32,405 nucleotides of DNA. It comes from a virus. Lineage: Duplodnaviria > Caudoviricetes. Below, in pieces: positions 22,814-31,040 of this stretch (position 1 is its first letter; each line of letters begins with the position of its first letter). The notes beneath the pieces were generated by a model. That model saw only the letters and a program-made list of their open reading frames with translations, did not search any database and was not told where the DNA came from. A program made the translations under genes and the position numbers. Where the stretch lies: positions 1 to 32,405 of IMG/VR virus record IMGVR_UViG_3300050120_000091. One strand, 5' to 3'.

Positions 22814-24799
22814 ATGACCGAAAAGAAAGACAAGCCGACTCCGCTGGCAGAACGTTGGAAGGACGATCAGTTCAAAGTCACTCCACCGAAAGGCAAAGAG
22901 TCAGAGTCGAACGCCCGCGCCGACAGTGTGGTCGTGGTTCCGAGCGCGGGTTCGATTGCGCTGACTGAGCAAATTCATCAGTGGCGGGCACGTATGCTTC
23001 AACCGTTCTCGGTGCGCGCGGACGCTGATGAGCCGCCCGAGAAGAAACCTGCTGCTGGTGAAGACGCACCGGCTGAAGAAGGCGCGGCTCCCGGTGGAGC
23101 AGAAGAACCCCCGGCTGCTGATGACTTGGGTGAGGTCAACAAGGAGTTGATTGCTGCGGAACTTGAATTGGAATTCGCGCAGAAGGACATGCGCGCGGCT
23201 CAGAAGCTGGAAAAAGGCAAGGGCACGAAAGACACGTCCGGGTTGACCGAACTCCTTGAACTCACGAAGAAGGTAGAGGCGGCTAAGGAGAAGGTAATTA
23301 AGCTGGAACGCCAACTCGAAATTGCCAACGCGCAGTCCGTGGCGATGCCCACTCCTGCCCCGGTAGACCCGAACGCCGCAGCCACCGAGCAACAGGGCAA
23401 GCAGCAGGAATTTGAAGGCGCACAGCAAGACAAGGAACTGGCTGCGAAGTCTGAAGCCGAAACGTCCAAGCAGGCGCAAGAAGAAGTAGCGCAGGTTGCC
23501 CAGCAGGCACACGAGCAGACAATGCAGCAAGCGCAGCAAGCCCATGAGTTCGCGCTGGCGCAAAAGACCTCGGAAACTGAAGTGCAGAAGGCGAAGATCG
23601 GTGCGAAAGCCAAGCCAGCGGCCAAAGCCGATGCTGTGGACATCGAGAAGGCACGTCTGGTTACCATCAACGGCCTGCATGTTGCCGTAGACGAACATGG
23701 ACGGGTAGCCGACGCGCTCGCACGTGCTGATTCAGACGTATTGGACTACAACCCGGTGACCGTGCGTGCAGACCGAGACGCGCCAGTCATGGTGGACAAC
23801 ACGCCAATTATGAAATCTGGTGCAGGTGTGCTGTTCATTACAGACGGTGGCAGAGTGTTGCTGGGCCTGCGGGCTGAGCCGGGTGAGTATTACGATCACT
23901 GGGGTATTTTTGGCGGGCACCAAGAAGACGGTGAAACGCTGGAAATGACGGCTGTTCGTGAAGTAGTTGAAGAGACCGGTCACGTGACGGCGGCAACTGA
24001 CAACGATTCTGGCGTGGCGTTGCCAGCCCCTTTGCAATTGATTGCGCAGACCGTGGTGGACAGCACTGTGTTTTCGTATTTCGTTCACGTCTGCAATGAG
24101 CCTTTCGACGTGCAATTGAACGACGAACACCATGCATACGGTTGGTACGCCATGGGTGAAGAACCGCAGCCGATGATTCCCGGCCTGAGTGTCGTACTGA
24201 ATAGCCCTGAAGTACGCAAACTGCGTCTCAAGAAGATGAATGAGATGGACATCGCGAAAGCCATGTCGTATGGCGAACTGCCCAGCCCGACAAAGTACGC
24301 GAACATCAGCATGTACCGTATGCGGGTGACTGGTACTGGACGGGCATTCCGCCGTGGTGATGGAAAGAAGATTCCTGACGAATATGTGATTCGACCACCC
24401 GAACTCTACTTGACGGAGGAATTCGTACAGCGCTGCAATGGTATGGACGTGATCTTTGAGCACCCGAAGAAGAAGGTTCTCAATAGTGACGAGTACCGGG
24501 ACCGCAAGGTCGGTACGTCGATGTTGGCGTACATCGCTGGGGATGAGATTTGGTGTGTTGCCAAGATTTATGATACAGACACCATCACAATTCTCGACAG
24601 TCAGCCGATGAGCACCAGCCCGTCAGTCGTTTTTGGTGACAAGACGGTGAATAGCACAATCGCACTTAGTAACGGAACTCAGTTGCTGATTGAGGGAAAA
24701 CCGTCGCTTTTGGACCATTTGGCTATATGTGACATCGGAGTGTGGGATAAGGGCGGGGAGCCTCGCGGCATCGAATCTAATTTAGTGGGTATGCAGTAG
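22814..24799 (+). CDS. Coiled-coil + Nudix hydrolase + DUF2213 (putative prohead protease) fusion
   Basis: Nudix box GGHQEDGETLEMTAVREVVEETG (23912-23980); C-terminal VIFEHP...STSPSV...LLDHLAIC..GVWDKGGEP typical of DUF2213. Confidence 0.8.
   Translation: MTEKKDKPTPLAERWKDDQFKVTPPKGKESESNARADSVVVVPSAGSIALTEQIHQWRARMLQPFSVRADADEPPEKKPAAGEDAPAEEGAAPGGAEEPPAADDLGEVNKELIAAELELEFAQKDMRAAQKLEKGKGTKDTSGLTELLELTKKVEAAKEKVIKLERQLEIANAQSVAMPTPAPVDPNAAATEQQGKQQEFEGAQQDKELAAKSEAETSKQAQEEVAQVAQQAHEQTMQQAQQAHEFALAQKTSETEVQKAKIGAKAKPAAKADAVDIEKARLVTINGLHVAVDEHGRVADALARADSDVLDYNPVTVRADRDAPVMVDNTPIMKSGAGVLFITDGGRVLLGLRAEPGEYYDHWGIFGGHQEDGETLEMTAVREVVEETGHVTAATDNDSGVALPAPLQLIAQTVVDSTVFSYFVHVCNEPFDVQLNDEHHAYGWYAMGEEPQPMIPGLSVVLNSPEVRKLRLKKMNEMDIAKAMSYGELPSPTKYANISMYRMRVTGTGRAFRRGDGKKIPDEYVIRPPELYLTEEFVQRCNGMDVIFEHPKKKVLNSDEYRDRKVGTSMLAYIAGDEIWCVAKIYDTDTITILDSQPMSTSPSVVFGDKTVNSTIALSNGTQLLIEGKPSLLDHLAICDIGVWDKGGEPRGIESNLVGMQ
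24033..24046 (+). repeat. Dispersed motif copy 11 (in CDS LQLIAQ)
   Basis: TGCAATTGATTGCG; invariant core. Confidence 0.93.
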
Positions 24800-24872
24800 G
24801 TTTTTTAATCGCGGGTTGTGTAGAATCAGTCCGTGTTCGAGAAGTAAGCTCAACATTTAACAGGGTGACGTC

Positions 24873-25739
24873 ATGACTGAGGAAGAACTGAAGGCTAAGG
24901 CAAAGGAAGACGCTGCTCGCGCCGATGCTGAGCCGGAATGGGCAAAGAATCTTTCTGCCAAGTGCGATGCCGTTCTCAAGATGGCGGACAGCATGCCGTC
25001 GCTGGTGAAGGCGGACACGGAAACGGCTGAAATGGCGGCTGACAAGAAGCGCGCCGATGAAGCTGAGGAAGAACGCAAGAAGGCAGACGCTGCAAAAGCT
25101 GACGCTGCAAAAGCTGACGCCGCTAAGGCTGATGCGGCTCGCGCCGACAAGGCCCGTGCGGACGCCGAGGAAGAAGAAAAGAAGAAGGCCGATGCCGCCA
25201 AGGCAGATGCCGAGAAGGAAGAAGAAGCCCGCGCAGATGCAGTGCGCAAGGCCGTCGATACCGCCGTGGCTGCTGCCACTGGACCGCTGAAGGATCAACT
25301 CGCCGCGCTGACTGGTGCTGTATATATCAGCGACAGCGACGAAGTGATGCTGGCGAACATCCAGTCGCGTGCCGATAGCGCGTTGATCAACATTGGCGAA
25401 AAGGCCCCGAAGTTTATGGCCGGTGAAACGCCGATCAACTATCGTCGCCGTCTGGCTTCGAAGTACAAGATTCACAGCGCCGTATGGAAGGACAAGGACT
25501 TGTCCGACCGTTCAGTTGTTGCTGATTCGATTCTCGATGTTGCAGAAGCTCAGATTTACCACGAGCTTGAGCATGTCAAGGCCGATTCAGTGGAACCGGA
25601 CAACGGCACGTTGCGCCAAATCGTCAAGCGCGACCGGACGGGACGTGAAATCACCGAGTTTGTTGGTAACAAGCGCGCGTGGATGGGCCAATTCATGTCT
25701 GCCCCCCAACTGATGGTCAAGCTCGATAAGGAGGCATAA
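24873..25739 (+). CDS. Capsid scaffolding-like protein with KADAA/RAD repeats
   Basis: Charged helical repeats; MAGETPINYRRRLA and DRTGREITEFVG motifs; sits between the protease and capsid genes. Confidence 0.7.
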   Translation: MTEEELKAKAKEDAARADAEPEWAKNLSAKCDAVLKMADSMPSLVKADTETAEMAADKKRADEAEEERKKADAAKADAAKADAAKADAARADKARADAEEEEKKKADAAKADAEKEEEARADAVRKAVDTAVAAATGPLKDQLAALTGAVYISDSDEVMLANIQSRADSALINIGEKAPKFMAGETPINYRRRLASKYKIHSAVWKDKDLSDRSVVADSILDVAEAQIYHELEHVKADSVEPDNGTLRQIVKRDRTGREITEFVGNKRAWMGQFMSAPQLMVKLDKEA

Positions 25740-25743
25740 AGCC

Positions 25744-26634
25744 ATGGCTTCGAATATCTCTTTCAGCCCGTTCCAGACCACGAACGCACTTGGCTCCTTT
25801 TCGATTCAGTCGGAAGGGTCTGTCCAAGGTGTCGCTCTGGACGATCCGGCTGTCCGGTTCTACCTGACCGGTGGTCCGCTGGCTTATACCGAAACGTTGC
25901 CGATGTGGGGTGGCGTGGCGATCAGCGAATTCATTCCGGCCTCGACCGCGAACGCCAGCATCGGTAGTACGGTTGCTCGCGCTACGGCGATCACGGGTGG
26001 CAGCAATCCTATTAGCGGCTTCTCGGTGGTCAACCAAGCAAGTGCATGGGTCACGTCGCCACAAAGCGAATGCCCGAGCGCAGGCGCTGGCATGACCATT
26101 CCGTTCTATCGGCTGGGCAGTCAAGCACGTATCGCGCTGGCAATGGACCCGTCGCTGGTTTCGCTGGACGGTGGGTTGACCAACCAGCAAGTGTCGTGGG
26201 ACTTCAGCGCGCAACGGCTCACCCCGTATGAATCAACGGGCAGCACGATTTCGCTCACGTCGATCACCAGCAGCTACGCAAACGGTGTCTACACGTTCGC
26301 AGTGGTGGCCGCGTCGAACACGTACTTCGGTGCAGTGGGCGATGCGATCAACATCAGCGGCGTGACCGGCACTGGCGCGAACTACGTGAACCAGACGCAA
26401 ACCATCAGCGCGTTCACCAGTGCCGAAAGCTTCTCGTTCCAGATCGCGGCTCCGAGCGGCGCGATTGCTACGGGTGCGCTTGGCGGAACCCTCATCGCGA
26501 CGTACTTCGGTGGCGCTCTGCCGGTGAAGATCATCAAGATCAACGTCGGTAACAGCAAGATCGTTACGTACGATGCCGTCAACAACCTCGTCCACTGGAC
26601 GAATAATGGCTCCACGGCCATTTGCCTCATCTAA
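25744..26634 (+). CDS. Capsid decoration/minor capsid protein with inserted beta domain
   Basis: Directly upstream of the capsid; LPMWGGVAISE, FYRLGS.ARI, VSWDF motifs; insert at about 26245-26445. Confidence 0.7.
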   Translation: MASNISFSPFQTTNALGSFSIQSEGSVQGVALDDPAVRFYLTGGPLAYTETLPMWGGVAISEFIPASTANASIGSTVARATAITGGSNPISGFSVVNQASAWVTSPQSECPSAGAGMTIPFYRLGSQARIALAMDPSLVSLDGGLTNQQVSWDFSAQRLTPYESTGSTISLTSITSSYANGVYTFAVVAASNTYFGAVGDAINISGVTGTGANYVNQTQTISAFTSAESFSFQIAAPSGAIATGALGGTLIATYFGGALPVKIIKINVGNSKIVTYDAVNNLVHWTNNGSTAICLI

Positions 26635-26646
26635 AGGAGCCTAGTC

Positions 26647-27666
26647 ATGGCCGGTGTAACTCCCTCCTATGTCCAGTTGCATCCTTCGTATGTGATGCCG
26701 GAGATTATTCTCCAGTATCAACAAGCGAGTGGTGCATTTGAGACCCTGCAAGGCGGCGAACCGCTGACCCGTCTGGGTACGGGTGATCTGGTGGCGTATA
26801 TCAAGGCATTCGATATCCGTACCGACACCGCATCCGGCCAGTCTGCGTACAACCAACTGCCTTCCGTTTCCATTGTGCCGCGCATGATCAGCACGGCCAG
26901 CTACCTGATTCGCGTGCGGGCCGAGTATGACCACCACGATCTGGCCGCGTTTGGCAACTGGGGTGCGTCGCTGGTGGAGGCCCAACGTCTGGGTACTCGC
27001 CAAGGCATTTTCCAGCAAATGCGTTCGGCGCTGCTCTACGGGTTCAACCCGACGAACGGCGAAGGGCTGCTGAATACGCAAGGGGCGACCGCTGTAACGC
27101 TCCCGGCTGACAGCAACAACAACACGAGCATCAGCACGTACGACAACGGTCAGCTTGCGATTTACTTCCTGACCCAACTCGGCGCGTTGAAGACCCGTGT
27201 GCTGCAAGTCGGTACGCCGACGAACATCACTGTGCTGGCACCCCAGCGCGTGATTGCACAAATGTCCTACGCGGGCATCGTGCAACTCGTCCAGTACCAA
27301 CGTCCCGGCGCTGGCACGAACAGCAGTGCAGGTGTTGTGACTGACGTGGCAGCGGTTCAAGGCGACAAGGTTATCTGGGTTGCCGATGACACGCTGATTG
27401 GTCAAGGTGCTGGCGGTACGGACGCCATTATCATGACGGCCCCGGAAGTGAAGAAGCCTGTTGCAAGCCCGATCAACACCAACGAGTTCGCTCGTCTGGC
27501 TCCCGGTCTGGAAGCGTGCAACATCCAACTTTGCGACATGGATGCCCCGCGTGAAATTCCTACCCCGATGCCCGGTGGTGCAATCGACGTGCTGAGCGAA
27601 CTGCGTATCACCAGCGGCTGGTCTCTGCGTCCTGAAGCACTGACGATCATCAGCGCGCCGTTCTAA
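26647..27666 (+). CDS. Major capsid protein (DUF2184-like, HK97 fold)
   Basis: 339 aa; LLYGFNPTNGEGLLN and RITSGWSLRPEA; strong AAGGAG SD; followed by a terminator. Confidence 0.85.
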   Translation: MAGVTPSYVQLHPSYVMPEIILQYQQASGAFETLQGGEPLTRLGTGDLVAYIKAFDIRTDTASGQSAYNQLPSVSIVPRMISTASYLIRVRAEYDHHDLAAFGNWGASLVEAQRLGTRQGIFQQMRSALLYGFNPTNGEGLLNTQGATAVTLPADSNNNTSISTYDNGQLAIYFLTQLGALKTRVLQVGTPTNITVLAPQRVIAQMSYAGIVQLVQYQRPGAGTNSSAGVVTDVAAVQGDKVIWVADDTLIGQGAGGTDAIIMTAPEVKKPVASPINTNEFARLAPGLEACNIQLCDMDAPREIPTPMPGGAIDVLSELRITSGWSLRPEALTIISAPF

Positions 27667-27693
27667 TCGCGTTGAAGTAGGAGTAGTATGTAG

Positions 27694-27735
27694 AAGCCCG
27701 GTTGTCCCCAAGTATGGGCACCGGGCTTTTGTTTT
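27694..27735 (+). terminator. Rho-independent terminator after the capsid gene
   Basis: AAGCCCGG...CCGGGCTT stem followed by TTGTTTT. Confidence 0.75.
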
Positions 27736-27758
27736 ATCCACAGACGAAGGAACCCAAA

Positions 27759-28295
27759 ATGACAAAGCTATACATAGCAAACTGCACGAAGATGATTCAG
27801 GATTTTCTGTTCAAGCTGCCGGGTCAGACGGCCATCAACAGCTATCGTGCGCAGATTCAGATCGGTGGTCAGCAACTCATCATGAACCGCGATATCCCGC
27901 GTGAGACCGCTGAGTTCATTGTTGACCAGCATCGGAAGTACGGGATTGTCGCCGTTGAAGACATTGACCGCACGCGCGGCTTCTTTGGCCTGTGCTTCCA
28001 GCTTGACCGGGAGATTGACGTTGAGCGAATCATGATGGCGGTGATCCACAACGAAGAAGCGACTGAGATTCGTGGGCACGAGAACAGGAAGTTGCAGGCG
28101 GCGGCGCTGTCGAACAACATCGACAATAACCTGCAAGGCAGCGACAGTAAGCTGCAAGGGCTGGAAGTGGACATCATCGAGCAGCCGAAGCCGGGTTCAC
28201 ACGGTCAGGACCAGATGAAGGAAACGATTCAGATTGCCAAGCCCGGTAGCAAGGCTGAAGCACGTGGGGCGCAGAAGGCCCAGCAATCACGCTAA
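27759..28295 (+). CDS. Conserved phage head-region protein
   Basis: AAGGA SD before ATG 27759 (MTKLYIANCTK...); position after the capsid. Confidence 0.75.
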   Translation: MTKLYIANCTKMIQDFLFKLPGQTAINSYRAQIQIGGQQLIMNRDIPRETAEFIVDQHRKYGIVAVEDIDRTRGFFGLCFQLDREIDVERIMMAVIHNEEATEIRGHENRKLQAAALSNNIDNNLQGSDSKLQGLEVDIIEQPKPGSHGQDQMKETIQIAKPGSKAEARGAQKAQQSR

Positions 28296-28304
28296 GGACC
28301 AGTC

Positions 28305-28775
28305 ATGGCCGTGGACTACCCGTACGGAAAGGCGAATCTGCAAGGGTTTGCCGACTTCCTGACCAACAACGTGCAAGTTCCTGTCAAGGCACTGGCAGTC
28401 CCGGTCGTGAGTGACTATATGGTCGGTGCCGCCTTCGAAGTAGCGAAGTGCACGGTGGACCCGATCATTCAACGCGTGAGTCCGATCTATTACACGATGG
28501 CGATGTACAACTTTGCCACCGACTGGCTCATCAATAATGCGGTGGACCTAGATTGCGAAACGTACTGGGAGAAGTTGCGGGCCAAGTGGAACATCAATGG
28601 CCCCATCTCTGGGGTGGTAGAGAGTACGGCAGATGAGAGCACGAGTACCAGTCTGAAAGTACCTGAGGTGTTTAACAACCTGAGTCCTTTCGACTTGCAG
28701 TTGATGAAGACCCCGTGGGGGCGCGCGTACATGGGGATTGCCAGCAAGTTCGCAGATATCTGGGGTGTCTCATGA
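28305..28775 (+). CDS. Head-tail connector (DUF4054-like)
   Basis: GVVESTADESTS and KTPWGRAY motifs; synteny. Confidence 0.7.
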   Translation: MAVDYPYGKANLQGFADFLTNNVQVPVKALAVPVVSDYMVGAAFEVAKCTVDPIIQRVSPIYYTMAMYNFATDWLINNAVDLDCETYWEKLRAKWNINGPISGVVESTADESTSTSLKVPEVFNNLSPFDLQLMKTPWGRAYMGIASKFADIWGVS

Positions 28776-29263
28776 TGCTCGTGCTTGGGGTGGTGGACAT
28801 GCCGTACGTGGGTCCAGACACGCCACCCAAAGTCAGCAAGGCCAAGAAGGGGAAAGCCAACAAGCCCCGGAAGGCACCCAAGGCCGCTGCCACGCCGCAG
28901 ACGACCGGGGAAGTGGCGACCATACTTGAGGACAAGTATCAGGTGATGGAACACTTCGTTGGCGCGCACATGAAGGACATCCAGAAGGAGATGATCAAGT
29001 CTCTGGAAGCCACCATCGTGCAACTGAATACCGGACTGAGCGCCACAGACAGTCCGTTCGAAGAATCGAATAACGCCATCAAGCACATGTTCGAGACCTT
29101 CCTTGACCGGTCTGAAATTGAGCACATGGGCGTACCGGGCGTGCCGACACAAGCAGCCAAGGATGGCGTGCAGAGCAGGTATCGGATTTTCAAAGGGCCA
29201 CGCCGCCCGAGCTTTATTGACAGTGGTCAGTACCAGACGGCTTCCAAGGTCTGGGTCGAATAA
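28772..29263 (+). CDS. Neck/tail-completion protein (HK97 gp10-like)
   Basis: LVLGVVD N-terminus; RPSFIDSGQYQ C-terminal motif; ATGA coupling. Confidence 0.7.
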   Translation: MMLVLGVVDMPYVGPDTPPKVSKAKKGKANKPRKAPKAAATPQTTGEVATILEDKYQVMEHFVGAHMKDIQKEMIKSLEATIVQLNTGLSATDSPFEESNNAIKHMFETFLDRSEIEHMGVPGVPTQAAKDGVQSRYRIFKGPRRPSFIDSGQYQTASKVWVE

Positions 29264-29266
29264 CTG

Positions 29267-29280
29267 CGCAATCAATTGCG
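29267..29280 (-). repeat. Dispersed motif copy 12 (reverse)
   Basis: CGCAATCAATTGCG on +, between stop 29263 and the SD of 29293. Confidence 0.95.
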
Positions 29281-29292
29281 CGTGAGGCCATC

Positions 29293-30321
29293 ATGCCGGG
29301 TTCCATTTCAGAAGCGTTCGAAAGCCAGAGTCCGTTGCAGGGACCGTTGGATTCTGGCCTCGAAACCATCTCTAATAGCCAGACAGTGGCGTTCACGCAA
29401 TACGTGAAGTTAATTCTGCCGTTGGACGGGTACGTCTTCTGGGTGCGGGCAGACCTCGTAGGCAGCGCTGCGCTCTGCGCCTGCTATAACTGCACGACCC
29501 AGCAAGTCAAGCCGACCTTCCCGTACATCAACCCCACACAGGCAGTCCTTGGACCCGATGGACCGTTCTTACAGGTGGCAGGAAGTCTGCACTATACGTC
29601 CGTTGTACAACAGAACGAGGATGAAACCTTCGCCAAGAACAGTGTGGTATTCACCGCGCAGTCCGAAGTGCAGGAATTCAACCTGATTGGCCCGTCTGTT
29701 ATGTACATCGGTGAGTACGAGGGGCGGCGCTTTGCGTTCAAGCAGCGAGACGGATGGTACAAGCAGGCAGGCATTTATCACTACCGAGGGGATGCTGTCT
29801 ACCCGGCGTTGGAGAGCCAGTTGATCGATGATGTCTCACAATTCGACACCACCAACGTGATAGTGAGCAACAGCTTGCCGATTTGGCTACGGCTGAACCA
29901 GTTCATGCCGATGTACCCGAGCTTCCTCGTTGAAGAAAATATCGTCCCTCCGTACGCTTCTGTGCACATTCCGGCCGAAAGTACGACCGCGTTAGCAGCA
30001 CGTCCACACTGGGGCAAACGCGGAACCCATAGCCAATTGGTACGAGAAACGGTTAAGATCACGCTGTACGGTATGCGTAACTTTAATGCGCTAGACTTTC
30101 AAGATTATGTATTTCAAGACAGTCTGGATAACCCGAGCGTCTGGGGTTTGTGCAACATGCCGGTGATGCGGGATGAGAAGCGCACGCAGTCGGAGTTGAC
30201 AGTGATTGCCCAGAAGAAGACGTTTGAACTGGAAATCAACTATTACCAGCGGCGTGTGCGGGATATCAGTAGGCAGTTGATTCTTTATTGTGTGCCGACG
30301 ATTATTCTCGGTGAACTTTGA
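29293..30321 (+). CDS. Head-closure / tail-terminator protein
   Basis: 342 aa; LPLDGYVFWV, YHYRGDA, VKITLYG, EINYYQ; synteny before the sheath. Confidence 0.65.
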   Translation: MPGSISEAFESQSPLQGPLDSGLETISNSQTVAFTQYVKLILPLDGYVFWVRADLVGSAALCACYNCTTQQVKPTFPYINPTQAVLGPDGPFLQVAGSLHYTSVVQQNEDETFAKNSVVFTAQSEVQEFNLIGPSVMYIGEYEGRRFAFKQRDGWYKQAGIYHYRGDAVYPALESQLIDDVSQFDTTNVIVSNSLPIWLRLNQFMPMYPSFLVEENIVPPYASVHIPAESTTALAARPHWGKRGTHSQLVRETVKITLYGMRNFNALDFQDYVFQDSLDNPSVWGLCNMPVMRDEKRTQSELTVIAQKKTFELEINYYQRRVRDISRQLILYCVPTIILGEL

Positions 30322-30336
30322 TCAAGGAGCAGCAAA

Positions 30337-30657
30337 ATGGGCCAAGGTCCGATTAACACCGTGCAAACGCCGTTCCAAGGCACGCAAGTCAAATCTGGCA
30401 TTACCGCTGCCACGCTGGTCAAGAACTGTGGTGGGCGCGTGATGAGCATCAACGTGAACGTCACGAGCACGGTCACCAATGTGGCTGCGTTCTCGGTGTA
30501 CGACAGTTCGACGGTGGCCGGTACGGCAGCAGCGAATCTGGTCTATGCCAGCGCGTACGAGGTAGCCTTGGGTCAAATCGATCTGGACTTCCCGCTGAAT
30601 AACGGTCTCGTCGTTGTGCCGAGTTCCCCTGCAAACGTCGCAGTTTCGTACTTGTAG
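30337..30657 (+). CDS. Small virion protein (paralog 1)
   Basis: AAGGAG SD; GGRVMSINVNV...FSVYDSST...DFP..NGLVV...VAVSYL. Confidence 0.75.
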   Translation: MGQGPINTVQTPFQGTQVKSGITAATLVKNCGGRVMSINVNVTSTVTNVAAFSVYDSSTVAGTAAANLVYASAYEVALGQIDLDFPLNNGLVVVPSSPANVAVSYL

Positions 30658-30687
30658 TCAACGGCTCTGCCGATTAGGAGATTCAAA

Positions 30688-31005
30688 ATGCCCCAAGGCG
30701 CTCTCGCAATTTCGTCGGAACCGTATCAAGGCGGTTCGTCCAAGCTGAATCTGGCTGCGGCGTCCACGACTCTGATCAAGGCCAGTGGTGGCCGGATCAT
30801 GCAAATCAACGTAAACGTTGCTTCGACCGGCGCGTTCTCGGTGTACGACTCGTCCACCACGGCGGGTACTGCCGCATCGAATCTGGTCTACGCATCCTCG
30901 GCAGTGGTTGCGCTGGGTACGATTGTGGATGTGGATTTCCCGTGCAGCAGCGGTATCGTCGTGGTGAACGGTGCAGGTTCGGTTCTCGCGGTTTCGTACC
31001 TGTAA
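30688..31005 (+). CDS. Small virion protein (paralog 2)
   Basis: AGGAG SD; GGRIMQINVNV...FSVYDSST...DFP..SGIVV...LAVSYL. Confidence 0.75.
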   Translation: MPQGALAISSEPYQGGSSKLNLAAASTTLIKASGGRIMQINVNVASTGAFSVYDSSTTAGTAASNLVYASSAVVALGTIVDVDFPCSSGIVVVNGAGSVLAVSYL

Positions 31006-31040
31006 TCGTTGGACAGACTTTAACCATCAAGGGATAGGCC

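Noticed and set aside
25085-25145. 15-nt tandem repeat (GCTGACGCTGCAAAA) as a non-coding repeat or origin
   Set aside because: It is the in-frame KADAA repeat of the scaffold and is covered by the RAD finding.
422-29280. Dispersed motif as a CRISPR array or as IS ends
   Set aside because: Only 12-14 nt, spaced 0.3-5 kb apart in mixed orientation with whole genes in between; no cas or transposase gene and no target duplications seen.
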